A stretch of 63,951 nt of DNA, the filler included, from Sphacelaria rigidula (lineage: Eukaryota): the NCBI GenBank assembly GCA_964200075.2. It is 7 parts of 7 records of this genome, joined end to end, with 100 filler letters (N's around TTAATTAATTAA, not from the genome) between each part and the next. Parts side by side here need not be neighbours in the genome. Positions count along the whole stretch, not along the records: positions 54,904 to 63,951 come from CAXNAA020009434.1; 6 more parts are not named here. One strand, 5' to 3'. Of the stretch, positions 63,850-63,951 are shown piece after piece. The position numbers and the translations under genes are program-made. The notes under the pieces were generated by a model. That model did not search any database. It was not told the DNA's origin and saw only the letters and a program-made list of their open reading frames with translations. Positions within the stretch are counted from its first letter, which is position 1, and each line of letters opens with the position of its first letter.

Positions 63850-63951
63850 GACACTTTCTACGATAGCCCCCTCCCAAACCTAGACATAGGATCAAGAGAT
63901 GTATCCTGATGAACGTGATCGTACCACAGCTGGAATATGCAGGAGAAGTAT
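63850..63951 (+). mobile_element. MITE family A terminus followed by a LINE RT fragment
   Basis: GACACTTTCTACGATAGCCC, then RIKRCILMNVIVPQLEYAGEV (P.L.Y motif of the LINE RT thumb). Confidence 0.75.

Overview
Eukaryotic, repeat-rich DNA, most likely from a brown alga or related stramenopile. This is inferred from short exons in long GT-AG introns, a bipartite plastid-targeting presequence, TTAGGG motifs and the transposon types. The window is not one locus. It is seven unlinked scaffolds sorted by length (9051, 9051, 9051, 9051, 9050, 9049, 9048 bp) and joined by 100-nt N/TTAATTAATTAA/N spacers, so adjacency across spacers is meaningless. Host genes reconstructed by hand: a complete 3-exon, probably plastid-targeted RlmH; a 5'-truncated 4-exon Prp18 convergent with it; three exons of an ABCG transporter membrane domain; an N-terminal METTL16-like exon; and a weak Rrp40-like exon. 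Mobile DNA includes an RT-deleted Gypsy, two decayed Copia elements, a CCCH-finger gag-like relic (Ngaro/DIRS-like), LINE 3' ends with C-rich tails, a tRNA-Arg SINE family and several MITE families, two of them Sola-like with 4-bp TSDs. The most unusual structures are (i) a tandem triplet of ~240-nt hairpins at 28.3-29.7 kb, (ii) a nested foldback built from diverged coding sequence at 15.9-17.7 kb, and (iii) a decayed intronless ORF region with Tudor-like and ASCH-like segments at 31.7-35.2 kb. All family assignments are by eye; no searches were run.
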